DNA of 64,000 nt from an uncultured Phycisphaerales bacterium (GTDB taxonomy: Bacteria; Planctomycetota; Phycisphaerae; Sedimentisphaerales; Anaerobacaceae): assembly GCA_963718665.1 (NCBI GenBank), contig OY970359.1:1600001-1664000 (forward strand), given 5' to 3'. Below the pieces are notes generated by a model that was not told the origin of the DNA, did no database searches, and saw only the letters and a list, made by a program, of their open reading frames with translations. Positions 21,491-30,405 of the stretch are shown one piece after another (within the stretch, counting starts at the first letter, position 1; every line of letters begins with the position of its first letter). Both the position numbers and the translations under genes were made by a program.

Positions 21491-22519
21491 TTATCGTTTT
21501 TGGGGCGGTATCAACGCTTCCAGTAACGGCTTGCGGAACGACCTGGTGCTAAGGTCATACACGCCGAAGTATTCACTGCAAAAGTCCCAGTATGCGAAAC
21601 TAAAGCCCCGCTCAATCGCGGTATCGGCGACGAATTTGGTCCATAGAACGCGGGAGTCCATATCTGCCTTGCTGTTTGCGCCGAACTCGCCTATGAAAAT
21701 CGGGCGGTTGTTCTTTTTCGCCCAGGCCGCGGCATCGTCAAAGTCCTTTGTTATCATTTGCTTTTCCGAATCCGTCCCTGTCCATTTTGTTCCTAACCAT
21801 GCGTTTGAGTCGGCCGCCCAGTGAGCCCCCTGATGAGTAAATTCGTATGGCAGATAATAGTGTGCGGTAACGATTATGTTGGGGTCGTTTTTGGGCAGCT
21901 CCAGGGTGTTGAGCATGCGGATATCGTTGTAGTTGGCCGGGCCGAAAATAACCGTCCTTTTCGGGTTTGACTTGCGGATAACAGCAAGAACGTCTTTGAG
22001 GAGTTTATTCCACTTGTCGGCATTCAGATTATCGTGCGGTTCATTGAGAGGTTCAAAGAGGACAGAAAGGTGGTAATCCTTGTAGTGCTCCGCAATCTGT
22101 TTCCATATTGCGAGGAACCTTTCTTTTTGGCCCGCCGGGTCTTTATAAAGCTCGTTATAGTGATGCATAGTGACTATCACAATTACTTCCCGCTGCATTG
22201 CCTGGGAGATGACCCAGTCCATTCTTGTGAAGAAATTAGGGTCTATGGTGTAGGGTTTTTCCTTCAGTGCGTGGGCGGACCAGCAGACGGGGAAGCGGAA
22301 TGAAGTAAACCAAGCTTCTCTTGCGATGTTAAAATATTCCACTTTGATGGGGGGGCCCCAGTCGCCTTCTTTCGGCGCCTCGAGGGCATTGCCGAAGTTG
22401 ATTCCGCGATAGATGTATTTGTTGATTCCAAAAGAGTTCGGCTCCTGGTAGGCATTGCAGGCGGACTCAAACACAACTATTACCATTAAACATACGGCAA
22501 AAAATACTCGTTTCGACAT
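21491..22519 (-). CDS. Glycoside hydrolase family 5 (endoglucanase-like), copy 1
   Basis: RGINFGNALEAP, NEP acid/base, GEFG nucleophile, signal peptide. Confidence 0.92.
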   Translation of the reverse strand: MSKRVFFAVCLMVIVVFESACNAYQEPNSFGINKYIYRGINFGNALEAPKEGDWGPPIKVEYFNIAREAWFTSFRFPVCWSAHALKEKPYTIDPNFFTRMDWVISQAMQREVIVIVTMHHYNELYKDPAGQKERFLAIWKQIAEHYKDYHLSVLFEPLNEPHDNLNADKWNKLLKDVLAVIRKSNPKRTVIFGPANYNDIRMLNTLELPKNDPNIIVTAHYYLPYEFTHQGAHWAADSNAWLGTKWTGTDSEKQMITKDFDDAAAWAKKNNRPIFIGEFGANSKADMDSRVLWTKFVADTAIERGFSFAYWDFCSEYFGVYDLSTRSFRKPLLEALIPPQKR

Positions 22520-22565
22520 AATCTGTTACTCCAATAATGCCAATAAATGTCCTGACAAATCAGCG

Positions 22566-23621
22566 TTATTGTTTCGGCAAAATCAACGCTTCCAGCAGCG
22601 GTTTTATCCATGTATTGGTCTTGGTGTCGTAAACCGCGAAATCGGAGTCGAACTGCCAATAATCAAAGCTGAATCCCCGTTCGATTGCGGCGTCGGCGAA
22701 AAATTTAGTGTAACGTGCCCGCGAGTCCATATCGGCTTTGTTGTAAGAGCCGAACTCGCCGAGGTTAATCGGGCGGTTATTCTGCTTTGCCCAGGCGACG
22801 GCCTTATCGAATTGGCTTACTATGGCCTTCTTTTCGTTGTCGGCCCCTGTCCATTTTGTACCCAACCAGGCATTGGAGTCCCTGTCGGTTATCCAGAAGG
22901 CGCCCTGATGAGTGAATTCAAGCGGGTCGTAACAATGAATCGAGACGATAATGTTGCGGTCATCTTTGGGTATTTGGAGAGAATTGAGGTTTCCAATGGT
23001 ATTGGACCAGGCGGGACCTATGGCAAGTATCCTGTCGGGATTGGACTTGCGAATGACGGCAATGGCCTGTTTAAGCAGTGAGTTCCATTCGCTGACACCG
23101 AGTTTACCCTGCGGTTCATTGAGCGGCTCGAGGATAAGCGTATTGGGATAGCCCTTGTAGTGCTCTGCAATCTGCTGCCATATCGCCAGGAACCTTTCCC
23201 TGTGACCGGCCGGGTCGCTGAGAAGTTCGAGGTAATGATGAACGTTGAGCATTACAGGCATATTGCGAGATAGCGCGCAGTTAACCGCCCAGTCCACCCT
23301 TTTCAAAAAGTTGGGGTCGATGGTGTAAGGCGGTTCGGCCAGTGCATGGGCCGACCAGCGGACCGGTATGCGCACAGAATTGAAGCCGGCGTCTTTGGCC
23401 GCCTGAAAATATTTCTCTTCGAGAGTGAACCCCCACGCGCCTTCCTCCGGCGCATCAAGGGCGTTACCCATATTGACGCCCCTGCCTAAAAGTTGGTTCA
23501 TTTTGAAGGGGTCCATTTTTGCCTGTTGCGTGTTCGGTTCAGCAGCCATAACAGGATTAAGTCCAAATGTTACAGTAAATGCCATTGTAATAAACACGAT
23601 TGTTGCCACTGTCTTCAACAT
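22566..23621 (-). CDS. Glycoside hydrolase family 5, copy 2
   Basis: RGVNMGNALDAP, LNEP, GEFG. Confidence 0.92.
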   Translation of the reverse strand: MLKTVATIVFITMAFTVTFGLNPVMAAEPNTQQAKMDPFKMNQLLGRGVNMGNALDAPEEGAWGFTLEEKYFQAAKDAGFNSVRIPVRWSAHALAEPPYTIDPNFLKRVDWAVNCALSRNMPVMLNVHHYLELLSDPAGHRERFLAIWQQIAEHYKGYPNTLILEPLNEPQGKLGVSEWNSLLKQAIAVIRKSNPDRILAIGPAWSNTIGNLNSLQIPKDDRNIIVSIHCYDPLEFTHQGAFWITDRDSNAWLGTKWTGADNEKKAIVSQFDKAVAWAKQNNRPINLGEFGSYNKADMDSRARYTKFFADAAIERGFSFDYWQFDSDFAVYDTKTNTWIKPLLEALILPKQ

Positions 23622-23663
23622 AATTTTTCACTCCAATAATAAAAACAGGACACATAGTTTACC

Positions 23664-24689
23664 CTACTTTTTCGGCGGAATCAACGCTTCGAGCAGTTCC
23701 TTGCGCCAGGATTTGGTTTGCAGGTCATACATTCCGAAAACCGAGCAGAATTCCCAGTATGATATACTGAATCCGCGTGCTGTCGCCGCATCAGCTACGC
23801 GCTTGGTCCAGCGGACGCGGGAATCCATATCCGCTTTTTCATAAGTGCCGAACTCATTTAAGTAAATAGGCCGGTTGTTCTTTTTTGACCACTCGGCAAC
23901 GATATCGAAATCCTTTGCTATTCGTTGTTTCTCATCTTCCGACCCGACCCATTTTGTGCCCAGCCAGGCCTTGGCCTCTGGCAGCCAACTTGCACCCTGT
24001 TGGGTGAATTCCTGCGGCGAGTAATAAAAAATGCTGACAATTATGTTGCGGTCGTTCTTGGGCAGTTCAAGGAGGGAAAGGTTCTCAATGCAGGAAAGCC
24101 CGGCGGCACAGATGACAATCGTCCTTTTTGGATTGGACTTGCGAACAGTAGCAATCGTCTCCTTCAGGAGTGAATTCCATTTATCGGCGTCGAGGTTTCC
24201 GGTTGCCTCCATAAGAGGGTCGAAGATAAGGATATCGGGATAATCCTTGTATCGCTCCGCGATTTGCTTCCACATGGCCACGAACTTGTCTTTTTGTCCG
24301 TCGGGGTCGCTGTAAAGCTCATCGTAGTGATGAGTGGTAAGCACAACGGGGATATTTCGCGACAGGCAGTTGTTGATTGCCCAGTCGATTCTTTTGAAAA
24401 AGTTCGGGTCTATTGTGTAAGGCGGTTTATCCTCGGCGTGGGCGTTCCAGCGGACAGGCAGCCGAATCGAATTAAACCCGGCGTCTTTAATAATCTGGAA
24501 ATATTCGTCCTGGAGAGTAACGCCCCATTCGCCTTCTGTTTTGGGAGTATCAAGCGCGCCGCCGATATTGATGCCCCGACCAATGAGTTTGTTCATTGTA
24601 AATGCGTTTGGTTCTACTGCCGCCACACAGGCAGACGTTAGCAAAGTTATTACCAACAGGACTATAACAGGCAATGCTGGCTTAGACAT
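23664..24689 (-). CDS. Glycoside hydrolase family 5, copy 3 (divergent active site)
   Basis: RGINIGGALD, LMEA in place of LNEP, NEFG. Confidence 0.88.
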   Translation of the reverse strand: MSKPALPVIVLLVITLLTSACVAAVEPNAFTMNKLIGRGINIGGALDTPKTEGEWGVTLQDEYFQIIKDAGFNSIRLPVRWNAHAEDKPPYTIDPNFFKRIDWAINNCLSRNIPVVLTTHHYDELYSDPDGQKDKFVAMWKQIAERYKDYPDILIFDPLMEATGNLDADKWNSLLKETIATVRKSNPKRTIVICAAGLSCIENLSLLELPKNDRNIIVSIFYYSPQEFTQQGASWLPEAKAWLGTKWVGSEDEKQRIAKDFDIVAEWSKKNNRPIYLNEFGTYEKADMDSRVRWTKRVADAATARGFSISYWEFCSVFGMYDLQTKSWRKELLEALIPPKK

Positions 24690-25069
24690 AATTTTTCACT
24701 CCATCCAATTCTTGAAATACGTAATCCGGTTCAAAATTGCGCCCCAGCGCCGTTCCCAAAAGGGTAGTGTAACATTTTGGCGTTTCCGTGAAACTGGTAA
24801 AATCGAAAATCCGTCTGCGGGATTGACGACTATTTTTGCTCGTCGTGCCAGATTTTTTTTGACAAAATCACTTTCGGCTGTTACACTCTTTCCTGATTTA
24901 CTCACGGATGGTCATCATACAATTGCAGAGGGTGATAAAAGGTTTTCGGCTTGCGGTGAGCTTGTCGAAGCCGCTGTTTCAATAACATGGACGTTATTTG
25001 CAACGGGTAACCTTTGTTTATAGTGGCATCGTTTTTTCCGCCATTGGCGGATTTATAAAGGAGTGCGTC

Positions 25070-26388
25070 TTGGCCGGCGGTGAAGTTGAAAATATCTTCG
25101 CTGAAATACTCGACCGAGCAAGGACTCTGGATCCTGTCAACACCCGTAAGTGGTTTGACAATCTTCATCTCGTGCGGTTGACGGGCGGGTCGCTCGAGGT
25201 TGGCTGCCCGGATGAGGCGTGTGCCCAGTTTTTGCAGAGTAAATGCAGAAGCGCCTTTACCGCGCCGCGCAGCAGATAACGGGCCATCTTGTCAGCGTGC
25301 AGTTTTCCACAAATGGCCAGGTCAAACAGCAACCCTCCGAACAAGAGCAAAAAGACAGGCCCGCCCTTCACCCGGATTATACCTTTGAGAATTTCGTCGT
25401 CGGTCCTTGCAACCGGCTCGCCCACGCAAGCTGCATAGCAGTAAGCCAGTCGCCGGGCGATACTTATAATCCATTGTTTATCTATGGGAATTCCGGCTTA
25501 GGCAAAACCCATCTGCTTCAGGCCGTCTGCCACGAGGTCAAGCGAAAATCCGCCTCGGCGGTCATTCAATTGTTAAGTTGCGAAGAGTTCGTCAATCGTT
25601 TCATCCAGGCAATCGAAAAGGGCGATTTGCCCGGCTTCCAGAACCGCTTTCGCACCGTTGATACCCTTATTATCGACGACGTGCAGTTTTTGCGGGAACG
25701 CGAGCAGAGCCAGGAGGAATTTTTCCACACCTTCAACGCCCTCTACAGCAACGGCAAACAAATCATCCTCAGCGCTGACAGCCCGCCCGGCGAAATACCC
25801 TCTCTCGAAGAGCGACTCATCAGCAGGTTCAACTGGGGTTTGGTTACCCGAATCGACCCGCCGAGTTACGAGACGCGAATTGCCATCGTGCAGAAAAAGG
25901 CGCATCTTCGCGGCCTTGACGTCAGCGAAGAGGTCGCCGGCTACATTGCCCAAAAAGTGCACGCCAATATCAGGGAGCTTGAAGGCGCATTGACGACGAT
26001 ATACGCGGTATCAATGACGACGGGCGAAAAAATCACCCTCGATATGGCGCAAACCGCACTGGATGGTCAGGTTGACCTCGGCACAAGACACATAAGAATC
26101 AGCGATATTATCGATACCGTCTCACGCCATTTTAACGTCCGCTTAGCCGACCTTCAGAGCCAAAAGCGCAGCCAGAGCATCGCCGAACCGCGACAGATTT
26201 GTATGTATCTTGCAAGGCAGCTCACAAAGCACAGCTTGGAGGAAATCGGCGGCCACCTCGGCGGCAGGGACCATACAACCGTTATGCACGCCTATGCCAA
26301 AATCGAAGACCTCCGCAAACAAGACCCCAAGATGCATGCCACCCTCGACCAGTTAGCAGGACAAATCACTCAATCCGCAAGAGCGTAA
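25070..26388 (+). CDS. dnaA: Chromosomal replication initiator; apparent 1-nt frameshift near 25260
   Basis: YTFENFVVG, YNPLFIYGNSGLGKTHL, GRDHTTV; domain I starts at AAGGAG-TTG 25070 in another frame. Confidence 0.95.
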
Positions 26389-26575
26389 TTTTTAATTTCC
26401 GATTGTCGATTGTCGATTTGGGATGCGGACTCTTAAAAACTTGCTTTTATTTACAGTTTAACGATATACTGCTTCTTTAGGGCCGGAAGAGATTCGCACC
26501 TTTGCCCGTCAGCTTTGCCGTTTGCTTCGACCCGGTTTATACAGAATATATAATCATTGTTAGGAGGCAACCTAT

Positions 26576-27091
26576 ATGAAACCACTCTCTTTGCATGCGC
26601 TAGAAGAAAGTATTGCCGATCAATGTTGGAAAGTTACATCACTCGTTCTAGCCCGGTACGATTTTTCTGAGTTGTCACACCCATGGCAGGAGTACTGGTG
26701 TCCATTCATTGACTTCTGTAATAAGTTCGATGCTTTTTTCATAAAATCAGTGCTTGAATTAGCCGCCATCGCGAGAGTAAACCTCGATGTTGAAGACGTT
26801 GGCACAGCAAATTTAATAGTTGGGACACTCACTCAAAACAACGAGACAAAAGATCTGACGTTTCGGGAGGCATGCAATAAGCTCATTCACGCAATGCAAT
26901 ACGAGATACTTTTCGATTGGGAAACAAAACATCCCTTGGATAATGGTACGAACGGCTATTTCGAGACAAAATTAGAACGATTCAAAAATCCGAAGATTCG
27001 CACCACAGGCAAGTATCAGTCAGATAATTGGGAAGCAGTAATCCGGTTTCTTCCATTTATCACCGAACTGAAGGATACGTTCGGTTCTTGA
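26576..27091 (+). CDS. Hypothetical protein, possible HEPN-like nuclease
   Basis: AT-rich, AGGAGG RBS, REACNKLIHA motif. Confidence 0.6.
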   Translation: MKPLSLHALEESIADQCWKVTSLVLARYDFSELSHPWQEYWCPFIDFCNKFDAFFIKSVLELAAIARVNLDVEDVGTANLIVGTLTQNNETKDLTFREACNKLIHAMQYEILFDWETKHPLDNGTNGYFETKLERFKNPKIRTTGKYQSDNWEAVIRFLPFITELKDTFGS

Positions 27092-27169
27092 GTGTGAGGA
27101 CCGTGTAACACGATGATACTACCTAATAAATCGGCGAATTGGACCCCGCTTATGTAAATTGTATAATCA

Positions 27170-27982
27170 TTGATGGGCACAAATATGAGAATAGAACATA
27201 AGAATTGCCTACAGAGCTATTTGGGTGAGTGGCTTCAGATCATGGATGTTAAAGCTCGTGCGGAGGGAAAGCCCAATTCGGGATTGAGAGTCCCACAACC
27301 GGTGCAATCTCTAATGCGTCACGAGCTAAATTTGTGTCTTATGCTTGAGCTTTTTGACGAACGCCTAACACGTTTTGAGAGATCGTTAAATGGCAAGAAG
27401 GAAGATTGCGATTTTGGTGCATATTCCGAAGCTATATGTTTTCTTGATGCAATATATTTTTTTTCAAGAATGCTTTTGGACAGTACGGCGGGAATTATAG
27501 GGTATTTCTACAAATACAATAATAAAGGCCATGAGCTTCCCGATAGCTTTAACGGCATATTGGAGAAAGCGCGCAAAGGGGAATTGCTTAATAATCTCAA
27601 TACAATAATCTTAGGGTGCGAGACATGGTTTCCTCAGTTAAGAGATCGGAGAGATGATATAGTTCATCGCTATGAGACATACTTCATTGTCTTCGGCCAG
27701 AACTCTGAGGGTGAGAAAACAGCCCAACAGTTCTCACCTCGAAAAAACGCTCCTACAAAAGGTGATGAAGATTTGCGTTCATATATTGGTATGGTGATGG
27801 CTGGATATCAGTGCTTCATAGATAGACTGCTCGACTACTGGGATGAAATGTTCATAGGTTGGTACAACGTTAGTGTCTTTCGCCATTCAACTCATCTCTT
27901 GGGCCGGAGAGCAAATATTCTTTGGTGGGCTTATCAGTATGGCGGATACAGGAGCGATAACATGGTTGTTAGTGAATCATAG
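27170..27982 (+). CDS. Hypothetical protein with HEPN-type RxxxxH motif
   Basis: AT-rich, predicted helical, LRDRRDDIVH; start may be ATG 27185. Confidence 0.6.
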   Translation: MMGTNMRIEHKNCLQSYLGEWLQIMDVKARAEGKPNSGLRVPQPVQSLMRHELNLCLMLELFDERLTRFERSLNGKKEDCDFGAYSEAICFLDAIYFFSRMLLDSTAGIIGYFYKYNNKGHELPDSFNGILEKARKGELLNNLNTIILGCETWFPQLRDRRDDIVHRYETYFIVFGQNSEGEKTAQQFSPRKNAPTKGDEDLRSYIGMVMAGYQCFIDRLLDYWDEMFIGWYNVSVFRHSTHLLGRRANILWWAYQYGGYRSDNMVVSES

Positions 27983-28023
27983 GTAGTTCCGGTAAATTCT
28001 GAATAGTGGTCTCCGCATGGATT

Positions 28024-28605
28024 TTAAACCAAATCGCAGGCGTCGGGTGGCATCCAGTGGGCGTCTTTGCCATCCCATTTTACATTGCAGCCAATCGGGT
28101 TGGTCATCGGCGTAGTTACCTTTTTGCCCGCGAGAATTTCCGTAAGTGCGTTTTCGAGGTCATTTACAGTCATCCTGGCGGTTTCACGGGGATTGTCAAC
28201 GCCTCGGCCGGTATAAACGAGCTTTCGTTTTTCATCGAAGACAAAAAAGTGAGGCGTGCGCAGCGCGCCGTAAGCCCGTGCGATATCCTGGGTATCATCA
28301 TAAAGATACTTCCAGGGAAATTTGTGCTCATTCATTCGTTTGACCATATTATCAAACGAGTCCTCCGCGTAGGTATTGGGGCTGTTCGAGTTTATGCCGA
28401 CAAACTTCACGCCTTTGGGCTCGAACTTCTTCGCGGTCTGTCTTGTTACTTCATCCGACCCGATTACGAATGGACAGTGATTGCAGGTGAAAAAGACGAC
28501 TAAGGTTTTGGCGTTCGAGAAATCTTTGAGTGAATACGTCTTGCCGTCGGTGGCCCGAAGCGAAAATTTCGGAGCCCCTGAACCAATTGCTAAGGTAAAG
28601 GCCAT
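28024..28605 (-). CDS. Thioredoxin / AhpC-TSA family redoxin
   Basis: [24 protein letters not shown]. Confidence 0.9.
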   Translation of the reverse strand: MAFTLAIGSGAPKFSLRATDGKTYSLKDFSNAKTLVVFFTCNHCPFVIGSDEVTRQTAKKFEPKGVKFVGINSNSPNTYAEDSFDNMVKRMNEHKFPWKYLYDDTQDIARAYGALRTPHFFVFDEKRKLVYTGRGVDNPRETARMTVNDLENALTEILAGKKVTTPMTNPIGCNVKWDGKDAHWMPPDACDLV

Positions 28606-28769
28606 ATTACCTCCTGCTATTTAATAAGTTTTCTTGTTTTTTTAGTATAAGCCATTCTCACTTTACGGCTGCTCACATTCTATTGTTCAGCCGATTTAAT
28701 TAACAGCCCAAATTCGGAAAAGTTTGCCCACCCAAGGCATAGCGCACAGCGGGCAGCGTATAGTGTTTA

Positions 28770-29151
28770 GGGGACATTAAAAAACTGCCGCAACTTCAGT
28801 TTTTATAAGTAGTTACAAATCCGTGTCATCTGTGAAATCTGTGGTTGAGACCTTGTTTTTTGTGCATTTTTGTGGCCTAAAAACCACTCTTTTTTCGTGA
28901 CAATTTTTGCTGTAACCTCTTTCCTTATAACGGCTTAAATTCTGGATATGAACAGTCGTATAAAACAAATGTATCAAACAGTTGTATGATACAACTGTTA
29001 TCCATTTTCGCGCAAGTCGAAAACCCTTAGATTCAAAAATTTCAAAATTTTTTTACTCCTTACGCAGTAAGGACTTATCAATTTTGGCCCCATCAGGAAA
29101 TCCCTTAGTTTTCGTCAAAAGCGCGAAGTTCGCGCCATAGGATAGAGGGAC
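28770..29151 (+). promoter_or_regulatory. Conserved ~382-bp non-coding element, copy 1 (upstream of HNH-AP2 gene)
   Basis: Aligns by eye with 59643-60024 from GGGGACATTAAAAAA to TAGAGGGAC; function inferred. Confidence 0.8.
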
Positions 29152-29332
29152 CTTGTGGGTAACTCAGGCGGGCAGGCACAACTGATATTAAAAATCAAAA
29201 AGTAAAAGGCAAAAAGACAACGCAAAGCTCAAAAAGGTCTGTGCCGTTCGGCTGGCGAAAGTGTCTACCGAAATGTTTCCGCATTTTTGCTTTTTTATAT
29301 TTAATTTTTGATTTAAGAAGGGGGAGGATATT

Positions 29333-29935
29333 ATGGCAAGTATCACAATCAAAGTTCCAAACTGGTTAGACCGTATCTGCACCTGGCCTGTGATGTTTTA
29401 TCGCAGGCGTAAGTATGGTTACGACTTTCGCAGGATATACCTCGGCGAAGGGGAATGGACGATAGTTGACGCCGATGTCTATTATCGCCTCGGAAATATC
29501 AAATGGTGTTTAAAAGGGCACAAGACAAAACTATACGCCATTGGAGGCGTCAGGAACGAATGCGGAAAAGGAATAGAAATGGTACATTTGCACAGGAAGG
29601 TTGCCAATGCGCCAAAGGGGCAGATTGTTGACCATATAAACGGCGATTCCCTCGACAATCGAAGGGCCAATCTCCGTTTGGCAACACGGTCTCAAAATTG
29701 CCAGAATGCGAAAAAAAGAAAAAATACCTCATCGCGATTCATTGGCGTTAGTTTTCAGAAATCGCATAAAAAATGGTGGGCATATATTAGCTTTGAGAGA
29801 AAAAGAACGCATTTGGGCTATTTTGACAATGAAATCGAAGCTGCCCGCGCTTATGACGCAGCCGCCAGGAAGTATTACGGCGAATTCGCAAGGTTGAATT
29901 TTCCGGAGGAAAATTCACTATCCGCTACTCGCTGA
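29333..29935 (+). CDS. HNH endonuclease with C-terminal AP2 DNA-binding domain
   Basis: [17 protein letters not shown] (HNH_3); SSRFIGVS...WWAYI...[15 protein letters not shown]...NFP (AP2). Confidence 0.93.
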   Translation: MASITIKVPNWLDRICTWPVMFYRRRKYGYDFRRIYLGEGEWTIVDADVYYRLGNIKWCLKGHKTKLYAIGGVRNECGKGIEMVHLHRKVANAPKGQIVDHINGDSLDNRRANLRLATRSQNCQNAKKRKNTSSRFIGVSFQKSHKKWWAYISFERKRTHLGYFDNEIEAARAYDAAARKYYGEFARLNFPEENSLSATR

Positions 29936-30058
29936 ACGCTGTCCGCTGTATATATCATGGCGAAGCCGTTATCCGGCTGACAAAACAGCGTAAATCGGCG
30001 TTAATCTGCGTTAATCTGCGTCTAAATAATCCCTCCGGCTCTGGGGAGAATAAACGGT

Positions 30059-30087
30059 TTGCAAAAGGGGGGGAAATTCGTTAAATT
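30059..30087 (+). promoter_or_regulatory. Sigma70-type promoter for the tRNA
   Basis: TTGCAA-N17-TAAATT about 130 bp upstream of the tRNA. Confidence 0.5.
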
Positions 30088-30107
30088 AACACAGCAGAGC
30101 AAAGATT

Positions 30108-30212
30108 CACCGCTGAGCACGCGGAAACCGCTGAGACACGGAGCGATAGTGACGAGCCCGCTTCGGAAAAGAATATAAAGTAAACTCTGCGTCCTCTGCG
30201 ATCTTTGCGGTG
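30108..30212. repeat. REP-like long inverted repeat (ACCGCnGAGnnCGCnGAG family) upstream of the tRNA
   Basis: CACCGCTGAGCACGCGGAAACCGCTGAG pairs imperfectly with CTCTGCGTCCTCTGCGATCTTTGCGGTG. Confidence 0.65.
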
Positions 30213-30219
30213 AAAAACC

Positions 30220-30302
30220 GGCTGAGTGGCGGAATGGCAGACGCTGGGGACTTAAAATCCCCTGTCCTCACGGACGTATGGGTTCGACTCCCATCTCGGC
30301 CA
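30220..30302 (+). tRNA. tRNA-Leu (anticodon TAA)
   Basis: Acceptor GGCTGAG/CTCGGCC-A; anticodon arm GGGGA-CTTAAAA-TCCCC; long variable arm; GGTTCGACTCC; CCA not encoded. Confidence 0.97.
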
Positions 30303-30307
30303 ATTTT

Positions 30308-30376
30308 ACCGCGGAGTTCGCAGAGACCGCGGAGAAAAAATAAAATAACCTCTGCGCTCTCCGCGTGCTCTGCGGT
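30308..30376. repeat. REP-like long inverted repeat downstream of the tRNA
   Basis: ACCGCGGAGTTCGCAGAGACCGCGGAG ... CTCTGCGCTCTCCGCGTGCTCTGCGGT. Confidence 0.7.
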
Positions 30377-30405
30377 GAGATTGAATAATGTGAGGTGTTA
30401 AGAAT

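Noticed and set aside
25243..25279. Programmed frameshift or pseudogene in dnaA
   Set aside because: No slippery heptamer; same deletion pattern as four other sites, so a sequencing error is the simpler explanation
30220..30302. tRNA-Leu as integration site of a prophage or island
   Set aside because: No duplicated tRNA 3' end and no integrase seen in the window
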